Of a DNA stretch of 64,000 nt, positions 38,300-48,059 are shown piece after piece; the stretch's first letter is position 1, and each line of letters begins with the position of its first letter. The position numbers were made by a program, and so were the translations under genes. Source of the DNA: an uncultured Muribaculaceae bacterium (lineage in GTDB: Bacteria; Bacillota_I; Bacilli_A; RF39; UBA660); NCBI GenBank assembly GCA_964629735.1, contig CAZVQX010000003.1, positions 6,387 through 70,386 on the forward strand. The letters run 5' to 3'. Below the pieces are notes generated by a model. The model was not told the DNA's origin. It did not search any database and was given only the letters and a program-made list of their open reading frames with translations.

Positions 38300-40453
38300 A
38301 TGAATAAAGACATCGTTAGAGAAATAAGTAATAATTTAAAAATAAGAGTTGAACAAGTTGAAGCTACTTTAAAACTATTAAGTGAAGGTAATACTATACC
38401 ATTTATTGCGAGGTATCGAAAAGAACAAACCCGTAATTTAGATGAAGAACAAATTCGTGCAATTAATGAAGTATATGATTATCAAGTTAATTTATTAAAT
38501 CGTAAAGAGGATGTAATTCGATTAATTGATGAAAAGGGTATGTTAAATGAAGAGTTAAAAAAAGAAATTATGGAAGCTACAAAATTAGTAGAAGTCGAAG
38601 ATTTGTATCGTCCATATAAAGAAAAGAAAAAAACAAAGGCGACAGAGGCTATTAAGTTAGGACTTGAACCTTTAGCCGAAAAGATTATGGAATTTCCTTT
38701 GGATAGTTCATATGATCAAATGGCTTCTAAATTTTTAAATGAAAAAGTAAAAACAGTAGAGGAAGCGATTACACAAGCGGGTTATATTATTGCAGAAGAA
38801 ATAAGTGATAATGCTCATTATCGGAAATGGATTAGAATAAATACTTATTTATTTGGTCAATTAACAAGCGTTATAAAAAAGGATGCGGTTGATGATGGTA
38901 AAGTATATGAGATGTATTATGACTATCAAGAAAGTGTTAAACTTATAAAACCCCACCGTGTATTAGCTATTAATCGTGGTGAAAAAGAAAAAGTATTAAC
39001 CGTAAAAATAGTAGTTGATGAGGAACGAATTTTAAGTTATTTAGAATCAAAAATAATTAAAAATGAAAATTCATTTGTTATACCTTTTGTGAAGGAAGTA
39101 ATTAAGGATAGTTATAAAAGACTAATTGCACCGTCGGTTGAAAGAGAAATAAGAGCCGAATTAAAGGAAAAAGCAGAAGAGGTAGCTATTAAAAATTTTG
39201 GCCAGAATCTTGAAAAATTATTATTACAACCACCGCTAAAAGATAAAACAATTTTAGCCCTTGATCCGGCTTTCCGTACCGGTTGTAAATTAGCTGTCAT
39301 TGATAATTTAGGACAAAAGTTAGCAATAGAGGTAATTTATCCACATGCTCCGCATAATGAGTATGAAAAAAGCAAAAATAAGATATTGGAACTGATTTAT
39401 AAATACAATATTGATATAATTGCGATAGGTAATGGGACAGCATCCCGAGAGAGTGAATTTTTGGTTGCCGATATAATTAAAACGTCACCTAGAAAGATAG
39501 AATATATTATAGTTAACGAAGCAGGTGCAAGTGTATATTCAGCTAGTCAAATTGCAATTGAAGAATTTCCAGATTTGCATGTTGAAGAGCGCAGTGCTAT
39601 AAGTATTGGTCGAAGATTACAAGATCCATTATCTGAATTAGTAAAAATAGATCCAAAAAGTATCGGTGTTGGTTTATATCAACATGATGTTACAAATAAA
39701 AATTTAACGGAATCCCTAGATTTTGTGGTAACAAAAGTCGTTAATCAAGTTGGTGTTAATATTAATACTGCAAGTCCATCACTTTTAAAATATGTTTCAG
39801 GCATTAATAAGCGTAATATAACCAAAATTATTGATTATAGGAATAAGTTTGGAAAAATTAAATCGCGTGATGAAATTAAAAAATCTAATCTACTAAGTGA
39901 CAAGGTATTTGAACAAGCAATTGGCTTTTTAAGAGTTATTGATGGGGATAATCCGTTGGATGTGACCGATATTCACCCAGAGAGTTATGAGGTTGCTAAA
40001 CAACTACTTAGTGATATAGGTATGGATGAAACTGAAATAGGCGGTAACAATCTAATTGATAAATTAAATAAAGTAGATATCAACCAATATGTGACAAAAT
40101 TAAAAACAGACAAATATACGTTAGAAGATATTATAAAATCATTACAGAAGCCTAATCGTGATCCGCGTGATATGATGGATAAACCAATTTTAAAAAGTGA
40201 TGTGTTAAATATAGATGATTTAAAAATAGGAATGAAGTTACAAGGAACAGTTCGTAATGTCGTTGATTTTGGTGCTTTTATTGATATTGGTCTTGATAAT
40301 GATGGATTAGCGCATATATCAAAATTAAGTAATCAATATATTAAACACCCAAGCGATGTTGTAAATGTTGGCGATATTGTTGAATGTTATGTTGATGAAA
40401 TTCTAAAAGAAAAAAATAAAGTTTCATTGACATTTATAAAGAAGGAGGATTAA
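38300..40453 (+). CDS. tex: Transcription accessory protein Tex
   Basis: 717 aa with YqgF/HhH and a C-terminal S1 domain. Confidence 0.92.
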   Translation: MNKDIVREISNNLKIRVEQVEATLKLLSEGNTIPFIARYRKEQTRNLDEEQIRAINEVYDYQVNLLNRKEDVIRLIDEKGMLNEELKKEIMEATKLVEVEDLYRPYKEKKKTKATEAIKLGLEPLAEKIMEFPLDSSYDQMASKFLNEKVKTVEEAITQAGYIIAEEISDNAHYRKWIRINTYLFGQLTSVIKKDAVDDGKVYEMYYDYQESVKLIKPHRVLAINRGEKEKVLTVKIVVDEERILSYLESKIIKNENSFVIPFVKEVIKDSYKRLIAPSVEREIRAELKEKAEEVAIKNFGQNLEKLLLQPPLKDKTILALDPAFRTGCKLAVIDNLGQKLAIEVIYPHAPHNEYEKSKNKILELIYKYNIDIIAIGNGTASRESEFLVADIIKTSPRKIEYIIVNEAGASVYSASQIAIEEFPDLHVEERSAISIGRRLQDPLSELVKIDPKSIGVGLYQHDVTNKNLTESLDFVVTKVVNQVGVNINTASPSLLKYVSGINKRNITKIIDYRNKFGKIKSRDEIKKSNLLSDKVFEQAIGFLRVIDGDNPLDVTDIHPESYEVAKQLLSDIGMDETEIGGNNLIDKLNKVDINQYVTKLKTDKYTLEDIIKSLQKPNRDPRDMMDKPILKSDVLNIDDLKIGMKLQGTVRNVVDFGAFIDIGLDNDGLAHISKLSNQYIKHPSDVVNVGDIVECYVDEILKEKNKVSLTFIKKED

Positions 40454-40457
40454 TATT

Positions 40458-41006
40458 ATGAATGAAAAAAAATTGATGATGATTGCAATAGGAATATTAT
40501 CATTATTATTAATTATTGTTTTATTTAGTACTGATTTTAAACAATTAAAGAGGGATAGAGTGGCAAAAAAAATAGCAACAGAACAATTTGATAAATTGTT
40601 ATCTATTCATACTTTTAATAATGTTTTTAAAATTGATGAGGAACAAATAGAGATTGATGATTTATGGTATAAAAAGATATTAAACTATGAAGAAGTATTA
40701 AATGAAAATTTTACGGAAAATGGTAAAAAAATCTTAAATGAAAATTTTAAAAAATATATATTACAAATTGGCAATAATTATTATATAAAATTAGATGAAT
40801 TAAATTTTGAAACAGAATATAACAAAAGTCAATTTAAAAAAGTTGAAGTGACAGAAAACAGAATAGATTATAACATTAAAACGTCGATAAAATTTATCGA
40901 TCAAAAAGGTACTTTAGATAATAAAATTATTTTAATAAAAGAAAAAGATAAATGGTTAATTGATAATTATAAAATTGAAAAATATAATTATGTTTATAAA
41001 GATTAA
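40458..41006 (+). CDS. Hypothetical membrane-anchored protein
   Basis: N-terminal TM, no recognised motifs. Confidence 0.5.
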   Translation: MNEKKLMMIAIGILSLLLIIVLFSTDFKQLKRDRVAKKIATEQFDKLLSIHTFNNVFKIDEEQIEIDDLWYKKILNYEEVLNENFTENGKKILNENFKKYILQIGNNYYIKLDELNFETEYNKSQFKKVEVTENRIDYNIKTSIKFIDQKGTLDNKIILIKEKDKWLIDNYKIEKYNYVYKD

Positions 41007-41038
41007 TTATTTATATTCAATAAAGAGGGATGTATTAT

Positions 41039-41773
41039 ATGAAAAATAAAAAAATAATTTTAACAATAATAATTATATTAGTTGTAATAATTTCGTTTAT
41101 TGGGTATAAGTTCATTAAAGATAAAGAACATATATTACCAAATAATAATATTGATAATAATACTCCTAAGCCTGTGATTAAGCGAATTAAAAGCAAAGTT
41201 GATTTTAATAATAATGGAATTGATGATTATAGTGATTTTGTAATTGGTGCTAGAAAGCAAACTGAACTTAATCCTAGATATGATGGCAGTATAATATATC
41301 ATGGTGGATACCCACCTGATGGTGAGGGTGTATGTACCGATTTAATATGGAAAGCTTTTAAGGAGGCGGGTTATTCATTAAAAGATATGGTTGATTATGA
41401 TATAAAAAACAATAATGAGTTTTATCCATCAACTCATCGTTTTGGACCGGAACCAAATATTGACTTTCGTCGTGTTCAAAATTTAGAAGTTTTCTTCGAC
41501 CGATTTGCTAAACAATTAACTTTAGATCCATATAAAGTTGAAGAATGGCAACCTGGCGATATTGTAATTTTTGGTGACCAAGGTCATATTGCTATGATAT
41601 CAGATAAAAGAAATAATGAAGGAATCCCTTGGATTCTTCATACATCTGATGAAATTACCGGTGAAGAAGAAGGTTTAATAAGAAGGCATACCGATGAAAA
41701 CGGACCAATAACAAGACATTATCGCTTTGAGTATGACCCAAACGAGTTGAAATTATTTGAATGGGTTGATTAA
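41039..41773 (+). CDS. DUF1287-like (NlpC/P60-like Cys/His) protein
   Basis: N-terminal TM; GVCTDLIWKAF...PGDIVIFGDQGHIAMI. Confidence 0.55.
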   Translation: MKNKKIILTIIIILVVIISFIGYKFIKDKEHILPNNNIDNNTPKPVIKRIKSKVDFNNNGIDDYSDFVIGARKQTELNPRYDGSIIYHGGYPPDGEGVCTDLIWKAFKEAGYSLKDMVDYDIKNNNEFYPSTHRFGPEPNIDFRRVQNLEVFFDRFAKQLTLDPYKVEEWQPGDIVIFGDQGHIAMISDKRNNEGIPWILHTSDEITGEEEGLIRRHTDENGPITRHYRFEYDPNELKLFEWVD

Positions 41774-41792
41774 AATCAAATATATTTTAAAA

Positions 41793-41818
41793 AAAGAAGG
41801 AAACTTCTTTTTTTAATT
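41793..41818 (+). terminator. Rho-independent terminator
   Basis: AAGAAG-GAAA-CTTCTT followed by T7. Confidence 0.7.
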
Positions 41819-41926
41819 GTAAAATACATTCTATGATAACTAATAAAATGAAATTAAAAACTTTTACAGATGTTTTTTTAAATAAAAAATGTTATAATCG
41901 TAGTTATGTTATAAAAGAGGTGTTTT

Positions 41927-43546
41927 ATGCTAGAAGTAAATAATTTAAGTTTAGTTTTTCCTGATAAAAAATTATTTGAAGATGTAAATGTTAAATTTAC
42001 ATCAGGTAACTGTTATGGAATAATAGGTGCGAATGGGGCTGGGAAGTCGACGCTTTTAAAGATTTTATCTGGAGATATAGATTCGACAACAGGTAATGTT
42101 TATATTGAGCCAAATTGTAGAATGGCCGTTTTAAAACAAAATCATTATGAATTTGATAATTTTAATGTAATAGACACAATTATAATGGGACATAAAAGGT
42201 TATATGAAATTCGTGATGAAAAAGATTTAATATATAGTAAAACCGATTTTACAGAAGCAGACGGAATTCGAGCTGGTGAATTAGAGATGGAATTTGCCGA
42301 TTTAGATGGTTGGGAGGCTGAAGCTAATGCCTCTAAATTACTAAGTGATTTAGGTGTCAAAACTGATTTATTTGATAAAAAAATGAAAGAAATATCAGCT
42401 AAGGATAAAGTAAAGGTGTTACTAGCCCAAGCTTTGTTTGGGAATCCTGATATTTTATTAATGGATGAACCGACCAATGGTTTAGATTTTAAAGCTATAT
42501 CCTGGTTGGAAAATTTTTTAATTGATTATGATAAGATAGTTATTGTTGTCTCTCATGATCGACATTTTTTAAACAAAGTATGTACTCATATGTTAGATAT
42601 TGATTATGGTACAGCAAAATTATATCCTGGTAATTATGATTTTTGGTATCAATCAAGTCAATTAGCTTTACTCTTATCAAAAGAGGCTAATAAAAAGAAG
42701 GAAAGACAAATAAAAGAATTAGAAAATTTTATTGCACGTTTTAGCGCGAATGCTTCAAAGTCAAAACAAGCAACTTCACGTAAAAAAAGCCTTGAGAAAA
42801 TTGTTCTAGAAGATATAAAACCTTCTAATCGAAAATATCCTTATATTGGTTTTAATTTAAATCGGGAATTAGGTAAAGATATATTAGTGGTTGAAAATGT
42901 GTGTAAGACAATCAATGGTGAGGTTATTTTAAATAATATTTCTTTTACAATTAATAAAGGTGACAAAGTAGCTATTTTGGGTGAAAATGACTTAGCTAAA
43001 ACCGTTTTGTTTAAAATTTTATCTGGTGAAATAGAGGCTGATTCTGGCAACTTTAAATGGGGACAAACTGTAGAATATGATTATTTGCCACAGGATAATT
43101 CGTCCTATTTTGAAAATAATAATTTAAATTTAATAGAATGGTTAAGTCAATATTCTAGAGAACAATCAGAAAATTATATTCGTGGTTTTTTAGGTAGAAT
43201 GTTATTTTCTGGTGATCAACCTTTAAAGCAAGTTAAATTTTTATCAGGTGGTGAAAAGGTTCGTTGTATGTTTTCAAAATTAATGGTACAAGGTTCTAAT
43301 TTCTTAATATTAGATCAACCTACTAATCACCTTGATTTAGAATCAATACAAGCGGTTAATGATGGTTTAGTTAATTATCGTGGTTGTATTTTATTTACTT
43401 CTAATGATCATAGTTTTATTGATAGTGTAGCTAATGTATTAGTAGAAATTACACCAAATGGTTCATATGTTAAAAGAATGAAGTTTAACGAATATTTAAA
43501 TGATGAAAAAATTCAAAATAAAATTGCTAAAATGTATAATTTATAA
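41927..43546 (+). CDS. ABC-F family ATPase (two ABC domains, no TMD)
   Basis: Two Walker A sites (GANGAGKST and the second domain) and two LSGGEK signatures. Short leader, so housekeeping type. Confidence 0.9.
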   Translation: MLEVNNLSLVFPDKKLFEDVNVKFTSGNCYGIIGANGAGKSTLLKILSGDIDSTTGNVYIEPNCRMAVLKQNHYEFDNFNVIDTIIMGHKRLYEIRDEKDLIYSKTDFTEADGIRAGELEMEFADLDGWEAEANASKLLSDLGVKTDLFDKKMKEISAKDKVKVLLAQALFGNPDILLMDEPTNGLDFKAISWLENFLIDYDKIVIVVSHDRHFLNKVCTHMLDIDYGTAKLYPGNYDFWYQSSQLALLLSKEANKKKERQIKELENFIARFSANASKSKQATSRKKSLEKIVLEDIKPSNRKYPYIGFNLNRELGKDILVVENVCKTINGEVILNNISFTINKGDKVAILGENDLAKTVLFKILSGEIEADSGNFKWGQTVEYDYLPQDNSSYFENNNLNLIEWLSQYSREQSENYIRGFLGRMLFSGDQPLKQVKFLSGGEKVRCMFSKLMVQGSNFLILDQPTNHLDLESIQAVNDGLVNYRGCILFTSNDHSFIDSVANVLVEITPNGSYVKRMKFNEYLNDEKIQNKIAKMYNL

Positions 43547-43563
43547 TTAATGTGTAAACGAAT

Positions 43564-43593
43564 GGGGTTATAACGAAAAACCCCTTTTTTTTT
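43564..43593 (+). terminator. Strong rho-independent terminator
   Basis: GGGGTT..AACCCC followed by T9. Confidence 0.85.
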
Positions 43594-43635
43594 ATGTGTA
43601 AACATTGTATAATAATATTAGAATGGAGGGGCTTT

Positions 43636-44901
43636 ATGGCGAGAGGTTTAAAGATACCAAAGCGCAAAAAAGATTCAATTACAGAAAAAATCAAAAAATA
43701 TGATAAACCAAAATATGTTTATATTCCCCTTATTTGTCAAAATGATACGAATATAACAGTTTTAGTAAAACAAGGTGATTATGTTTGTAAAGGAGATGTT
43801 ATTGCTAGAAGAAGAGGACATTTTAAAGTTCCTATTCATGCCAGTGTTAGTGGTAAAGTAATATCATTTGAAGAAAAATTATATATAACTGGGCAAGAAG
43901 TAAAATGTGTTGTTATTGAGAATGATTTTAAAGAACTTGTATCAACCAATTTTGAAGTTCCTAAACAAATTAATCATTATACGAAAGAAGAGTTTATAAA
44001 TATAATTAAAGATTCTGGGATTGTTGGTTTGGGCGGTGGTGGATTTCCAACATATGCTAAATATGAAACTAATGACAAAATTAATACATTAATTATTAAT
44101 GCCCTTGAATGTGAACCATATATAACTGCTGATTATATGTTGATTAAAGAAAAGTGCGAAGAAATATTAGAGGCAATAGACGCTGTTTTGAATATTAATG
44201 ATATTCCTGAAGCTATTATTGCTGTTAATAAAAAAAACACAGAAGTTATTGAAATTTTTAATACTTTTATTGGTACTTATATTAAAATTAAATTAGTCCC
44301 TGTCCCTAATATTTATCCAATGGGGTGGGAGAGATCATTAATAAAACAGGTGAAAGGTGTAACTTATAATAAAATACCGATTGAAAAGGGAATTGTTGTT
44401 AATAATGTTTCGACAATGTATGCGATATATGAAGCACTAAAATATGGTAAACCAATGATTGAACGAATTATGACAATTACTGGCGATATGATCAAAGAAC
44501 CACAAAATATTTTAATAAAGGTTGGAACACCGGTTAAAGAAATAATTAATTCAATTGGTGGTTATCAAGAGGGTGACGTAATTAGTCTTATTGCTGGCGG
44601 CCCCATGATGGGGGTTGCAGTTCCTTCGGATGAATTAATTACAAGTTCAAATTTGTTAGGAATTGTATTAATGTCATATGTAAGCGATGAACCGCCGACA
44701 GAATGTTTACGATGTGGTAAATGTGTTGAAGTATGTCCGGCTAAACTTTCTCCAGTTTTAATAATGGACAATTTTCAAGATAGTGACAAATTAACTGATC
44801 TTCGGCCTAAAAATTGTGTTGAATGTGGTCTCTGTTCGTATATTTGCCCAGCCAAAATAAGAGTTAGAGAATTTGTTATTCGCGCTAAAGAAAAGGTGTA
44901 A
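43636..44901 (+). CDS. rnfC: Rnf complex subunit C
   Basis: Two 4Fe-4S motifs (CLRCGKCVEVCP and CVECGLCSYICP). Start at MARGLK after RBS GGAGGGG. Confidence 0.9.
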   Translation: MARGLKIPKRKKDSITEKIKKYDKPKYVYIPLICQNDTNITVLVKQGDYVCKGDVIARRRGHFKVPIHASVSGKVISFEEKLYITGQEVKCVVIENDFKELVSTNFEVPKQINHYTKEEFINIIKDSGIVGLGGGGFPTYAKYETNDKINTLIINALECEPYITADYMLIKEKCEEILEAIDAVLNINDIPEAIIAVNKKNTEVIEIFNTFIGTYIKIKLVPVPNIYPMGWERSLIKQVKGVTYNKIPIEKGIVVNNVSTMYAIYEALKYGKPMIERIMTITGDMIKEPQNILIKVGTPVKEIINSIGGYQEGDVISLIAGGPMMGVAVPSDELITSSNLLGIVLMSYVSDEPPTECLRCGKCVEVCPAKLSPVLIMDNFQDSDKLTDLRPKNCVECGLCSYICPAKIRVREFVIRAKEKV

Positions 44902-44912
44902 AAAGGAGGCAT

Positions 44913-46346
44913 ATGATGAAAATTATGAAAGTTGAAGTAGGTCCTTATATAAAAGATAAAAATAATACTAATAAAATAATGAAACATTTACTAATCTCAT
45001 TATTACCTATTATTGTATTTAGTTTTATAAAAAATGGTGTTATTCCTTATAATAAAGGTTATATCAGTTTTTTTGAAATGTTTTATCCATTAATTTTTAT
45101 TATTACTGGTACAATTTCTACATTCTTAATTGAACTGTTGTATGCAAGATTTATTCTTTCTAAACAAAAAGCTCAATTAAAAAAATATATGATGTCATCT
45201 CACTCTATTTTTCCCGGACTTTTTCTTTCTTTGATTTTACCAATAAATACACCAATATTAGTTTTAATAATGGGCTCATTTATTGCCATTGTAGTTGGTA
45301 AAATGTTGTTTGGCGGATTTGGTAATAATGTATTTAATCCGGCTTTAATTGGATGTTTGTTTATATTATTAATATATGGTCCAATGATTGCTGGTCATGG
45401 TGGCTATTTAAATAAAATGGAAATTTCAACAACTAGTGCAACACCACTATCTAATATTTCATCAGTTGAAGGAATTGGTAGTTATGATAGTTTAGTAAAA
45501 CCGTATGGTAGTTTGTTAAATTTTGGGGTTGGAACAATCCCAGGTGCAATTGGTGAAACTAGTGCAATATTATGCTTAATTAGTTTAATATATCTTTTAA
45601 TTTTTCAAGTTATAAAATGGCCTATTCCAATAATTTATATTGGTACCGTTTTTGGAATGACTTATATGATTGGTAGCTTAAATGGATTATCGATTTGGTA
45701 TCCACTTTTTCAAGTTATGAGTGGTGGTTTGATGTTTGGGGCGGTTTTTATGGCAACCGATCCGGTAACAAGTCCTACAACTCCAATTGGTCAAATATTA
45801 TATGGCTTATTTTTAGGAATATTAACGGTGACAATAAGATATTTGACTTCATATCCAGAAGGCGTTTTAACTAGTATCTTAACTTTGAATATGTTTGTTT
45901 TTATTTTTGATAAGATTGGTTCAAAAGCTAGATTTAATTTTAATAAAGCAGTATTGCATTTTATTGTAGCATGGGTTTTAATTTTAGGCCTTAGTATATA
46001 TATCGGTAATAGTTATAAGAAAAATAATAATCAAAATGATAATAACTTTAAACTTGTATCGGTTGATGAAATAAATAAACAAACAGTATATGTTGTGCAA
46101 CAAAAAGCTTTTAGTGGTAATATTGAGGCTAGAATAATTTTTGAAAATAATAATATTCAAAGTATTGATATTATAAATGTTAATGATGATTATTATCCCA
46201 AAATTGCAAAAGTTAATTTTATAGATATTTTACTTAATAATCAAAAAGAAATTGAAGACGTTGATACCGTTAGTGGTGCTACAATTACATCGTCAGCTAT
46301 TAAAAATATGATCATTAATACAATGAGAGAACACGGAGTGCGATAA
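44913..46346 (+). CDS. rnfD: RnfD fused to an RnfG-like FMN-binding domain
   Basis: RnfD core with FMATDPVTSP. An extra TM is followed by VDTVSGATITSSAI, the FMN_bind covalent-flavin motif of RnfG. 477 aa versus about 320 for RnfD alone. Confidence 0.85.
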   Translation: MMKIMKVEVGPYIKDKNNTNKIMKHLLISLLPIIVFSFIKNGVIPYNKGYISFFEMFYPLIFIITGTISTFLIELLYARFILSKQKAQLKKYMMSSHSIFPGLFLSLILPINTPILVLIMGSFIAIVVGKMLFGGFGNNVFNPALIGCLFILLIYGPMIAGHGGYLNKMEISTTSATPLSNISSVEGIGSYDSLVKPYGSLLNFGVGTIPGAIGETSAILCLISLIYLLIFQVIKWPIPIIYIGTVFGMTYMIGSLNGLSIWYPLFQVMSGGLMFGAVFMATDPVTSPTTPIGQILYGLFLGILTVTIRYLTSYPEGVLTSILTLNMFVFIFDKIGSKARFNFNKAVLHFIVAWVLILGLSIYIGNSYKKNNNQNDNNFKLVSVDEINKQTVYVVQQKAFSGNIEARIIFENNNIQSIDIINVNDDYYPKIAKVNFIDILLNNQKEIEDVDTVSGATITSSAIKNMIINTMREHGVR

Positions 46347-46347
46347 T

Positions 46348-46440
46348 ATGAAAAGTAAAATAAAAAGTATCTTAGTGCTTACTTTAACAGCTTTAATATG
46401 TGCAATAATAATATATTATGTGTTTAAAATAATTAGTTAG
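46348..46440 (+). CDS. Unannotated 30-aa single-TM micro-ORF between rnfD/G and rnfE
   Basis: MKSKIKSILVLTLTALICAIIIYYVFKIIS. RBS GGAG 9 nt upstream. Could be a remnant of the rnfG N-terminal anchor. Confidence 0.35.
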   Translation: MKSKIKSILVLTLTALICAIIIYYVFKIIS

Positions 46441-46452
46441 AGGGGAGTAAAA

Positions 46453-47088
46453 ATGAAGACAATAAAAAATGGAATAATAGATGAAAATCCAACCTTAGTT
46501 TTAATGTTAGGTTTATGTCCAACATTAGCGGTTACTAACAACTTTGAGAGTGCATATATTATGGGAATATGTGTTTTATTAGTTTTATTATTTTCTAACT
46601 TCACTGTTTCTATTATAAAAAAATTAATCCCAGAAAATGTTAGAATACCGGTTTACATAATAATAATTGCTACTTTTGTAACAAGTGTCGAAATGTTATT
46701 ACAAAAATATGCTCCACCAATTCATGAGATATTAGGTATATATTTACCACTCATTACTGTTAATTGTATTGTTTTGGGAAGAGCGATTGCTGTTGCATCA
46801 AAAGAAAAGATTGGAAAAAGTATATTAGATGCAATAGGTATTGGGTTAGGGTTTACCCTTTCATTATCAATGATTGGTTTAGTGCGAGAAGTCCTTGGTA
46901 ATAATACTATTACTTTAATGAATGGTATCAGCCCATTAACTGGATATAAGGCTGTTTATCAAATATTTCCTACTACTGATTATTTTCCAATTGATTTTTT
47001 TCTAAAACCAGCTGGTGCATTTTTAACCCTTGGTTTATTCCTAGCTTTATTTAATTTTATTAAAGAAAAAAGGGGTGAACGAAAATGA
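46453..47088 (+). CDS. rnfE: Rnf complex subunit E
   Basis: NPTLVLMLGLCPTLAVT N-terminus, six TMs. Confidence 0.9.
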   Translation: MKTIKNGIIDENPTLVLMLGLCPTLAVTNNFESAYIMGICVLLVLLFSNFTVSIIKKLIPENVRIPVYIIIIATFVTSVEMLLQKYAPPIHEILGIYLPLITVNCIVLGRAIAVASKEKIGKSILDAIGIGLGFTLSLSMIGLVREVLGNNTITLMNGISPLTGYKAVYQIFPTTDYFPIDFFLKPAGAFLTLGLFLALFNFIKEKRGERK

Positions 47089-47651
47089 ATTTATTTAATT
47101 TATTTATAACTAGTGTTTTAACTAATAATATTATTTTAACTAAATTTTTAGGTATTTGTCCTTTTATTGGCGTTTCTAAAAAAGAAGAAAGTGCGATTGG
47201 GATGGGGTTAGCAGTAACAACTGTTTTAGCTATATCAAGTATTATTAATTATTTAATTTATCATTATATTTTAGAACCAACGAATACGACCTATTTACGT
47301 ACCTTAATATTTATTTTAGTAATTGCCTCATTAACACAAATAATAGAAATAATTGTAAAAAGTAAATTTCCAAAAATTCATCAGGCCTTAGGTATATTTT
47401 TACCATTAATAGCTACTAATTGTGCTATTTTAGGAATTAATTTATTGAACATAAATAATAGTTATAACTTTTTAGAGATGATTACTTTTACATTAGGTAG
47501 TGGAATCGGCTTTGCGCTAGTAATCTATATATTTTCAACGATTCGTGAAAGATTGGAAAAAATAAATATTCCAAAATGTTTTAAAGGAACACCAATTGCA
47601 CTAATAACAGCCGCTATCATGGCGCTTGTATTTGGTAGGTATTTTGGCTAA
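47085..47651 (+). CDS. rnfA: Rnf complex subunit A
   Basis: GICPFIGVS motif, six TMs. Confidence 0.9.
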   Translation: MNLFNLFITSVLTNNIILTKFLGICPFIGVSKKEESAIGMGLAVTTVLAISSIINYLIYHYILEPTNTTYLRTLIFILVIASLTQIIEIIVKSKFPKIHQALGIFLPLIATNCAILGINLLNINNSYNFLEMITFTLGSGIGFALVIYIFSTIRERLEKINIPKCFKGTPIALITAAIMALVFGRYFG

Positions 47652-47758
47652 TGGCTTATATTATATTAATAATTTTGATAGTTTTAACTATATATTTATA
47701 TAGTAAAAATAATAATTATAAAAATTGTGGTTCTTGTAAGGGGTGTAATAAATGTTAG
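47651..47758 (+). CDS. Unannotated 35-aa TM plus Cys4 micro-ORF, translationally coupled to rnfA
   Basis: MAYIILIILIVLTIYLYSKNNNYKNCGSCKGCNKC. ATG overlaps the rnfA stop (TAATG). Confidence 0.3.
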   Translation: MAYIILIILIVLTIYLYSKNNNYKNCGSCKGCNKC

Positions 47759-48024
47759 ATATATTAATAGTTACAGCTATTGCTTTCTTTTTAAGTGTTT
47801 TATTAGTAATAGTGGAATCTAAATTTAAAAGTGATGATAAACAAGAAATCGATTATGAAAAATATTTACCTGGCTATAATTGTGGTACTTGTGGTTTTAA
47901 TACTTGTCGAGGGATGAGTGACGCAATGTTAAAAAATCCTTTAAATTATAAAAAATGCCGACCACTACGGGGAGATAAATTAAAAGAGATGGAAGCTTAT
48001 TTAAGACTAAAAAAAATCATTTAA
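47752..48024 (+). CDS. rnfB: Rnf complex subunit B, N-terminal domain only (no ferredoxin domains)
   Basis: TM followed by NCGTCGFNTC, but only 90 aa; the usual C-terminal 2x[4Fe-4S] region is absent. Confidence 0.7.
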   Translation: MLDILIVTAIAFFLSVLLVIVESKFKSDDKQEIDYEKYLPGYNCGTCGFNTCRGMSDAMLKNPLNYKKCRPLRGDKLKEMEAYLRLKKII

Positions 48025-48059
48025 AAAATTATTTTATGTGTTTAGTAAAGGAGTATGAA

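Noticed and set aside
41927-43546. ABC-F as an antibiotic-resistance (Vga/Lsa/VmlR-type) determinant
   Set aside because: There is no long attenuator leader or uORF upstream (about 30 nt from the -10 to the ATG). Domain lengths are EttA/YdiF-like, so this is more likely a housekeeping translation factor.
47752-48024. rnfB truncated by an assembly frameshift
   Set aside because: I looked for Cys-cluster (CxxCxxCxxxCP) coding potential in all frames downstream of 48024 and found none. The next gene is a lipoprotein starting 36 nt later, so the short RnfB appears genuine.
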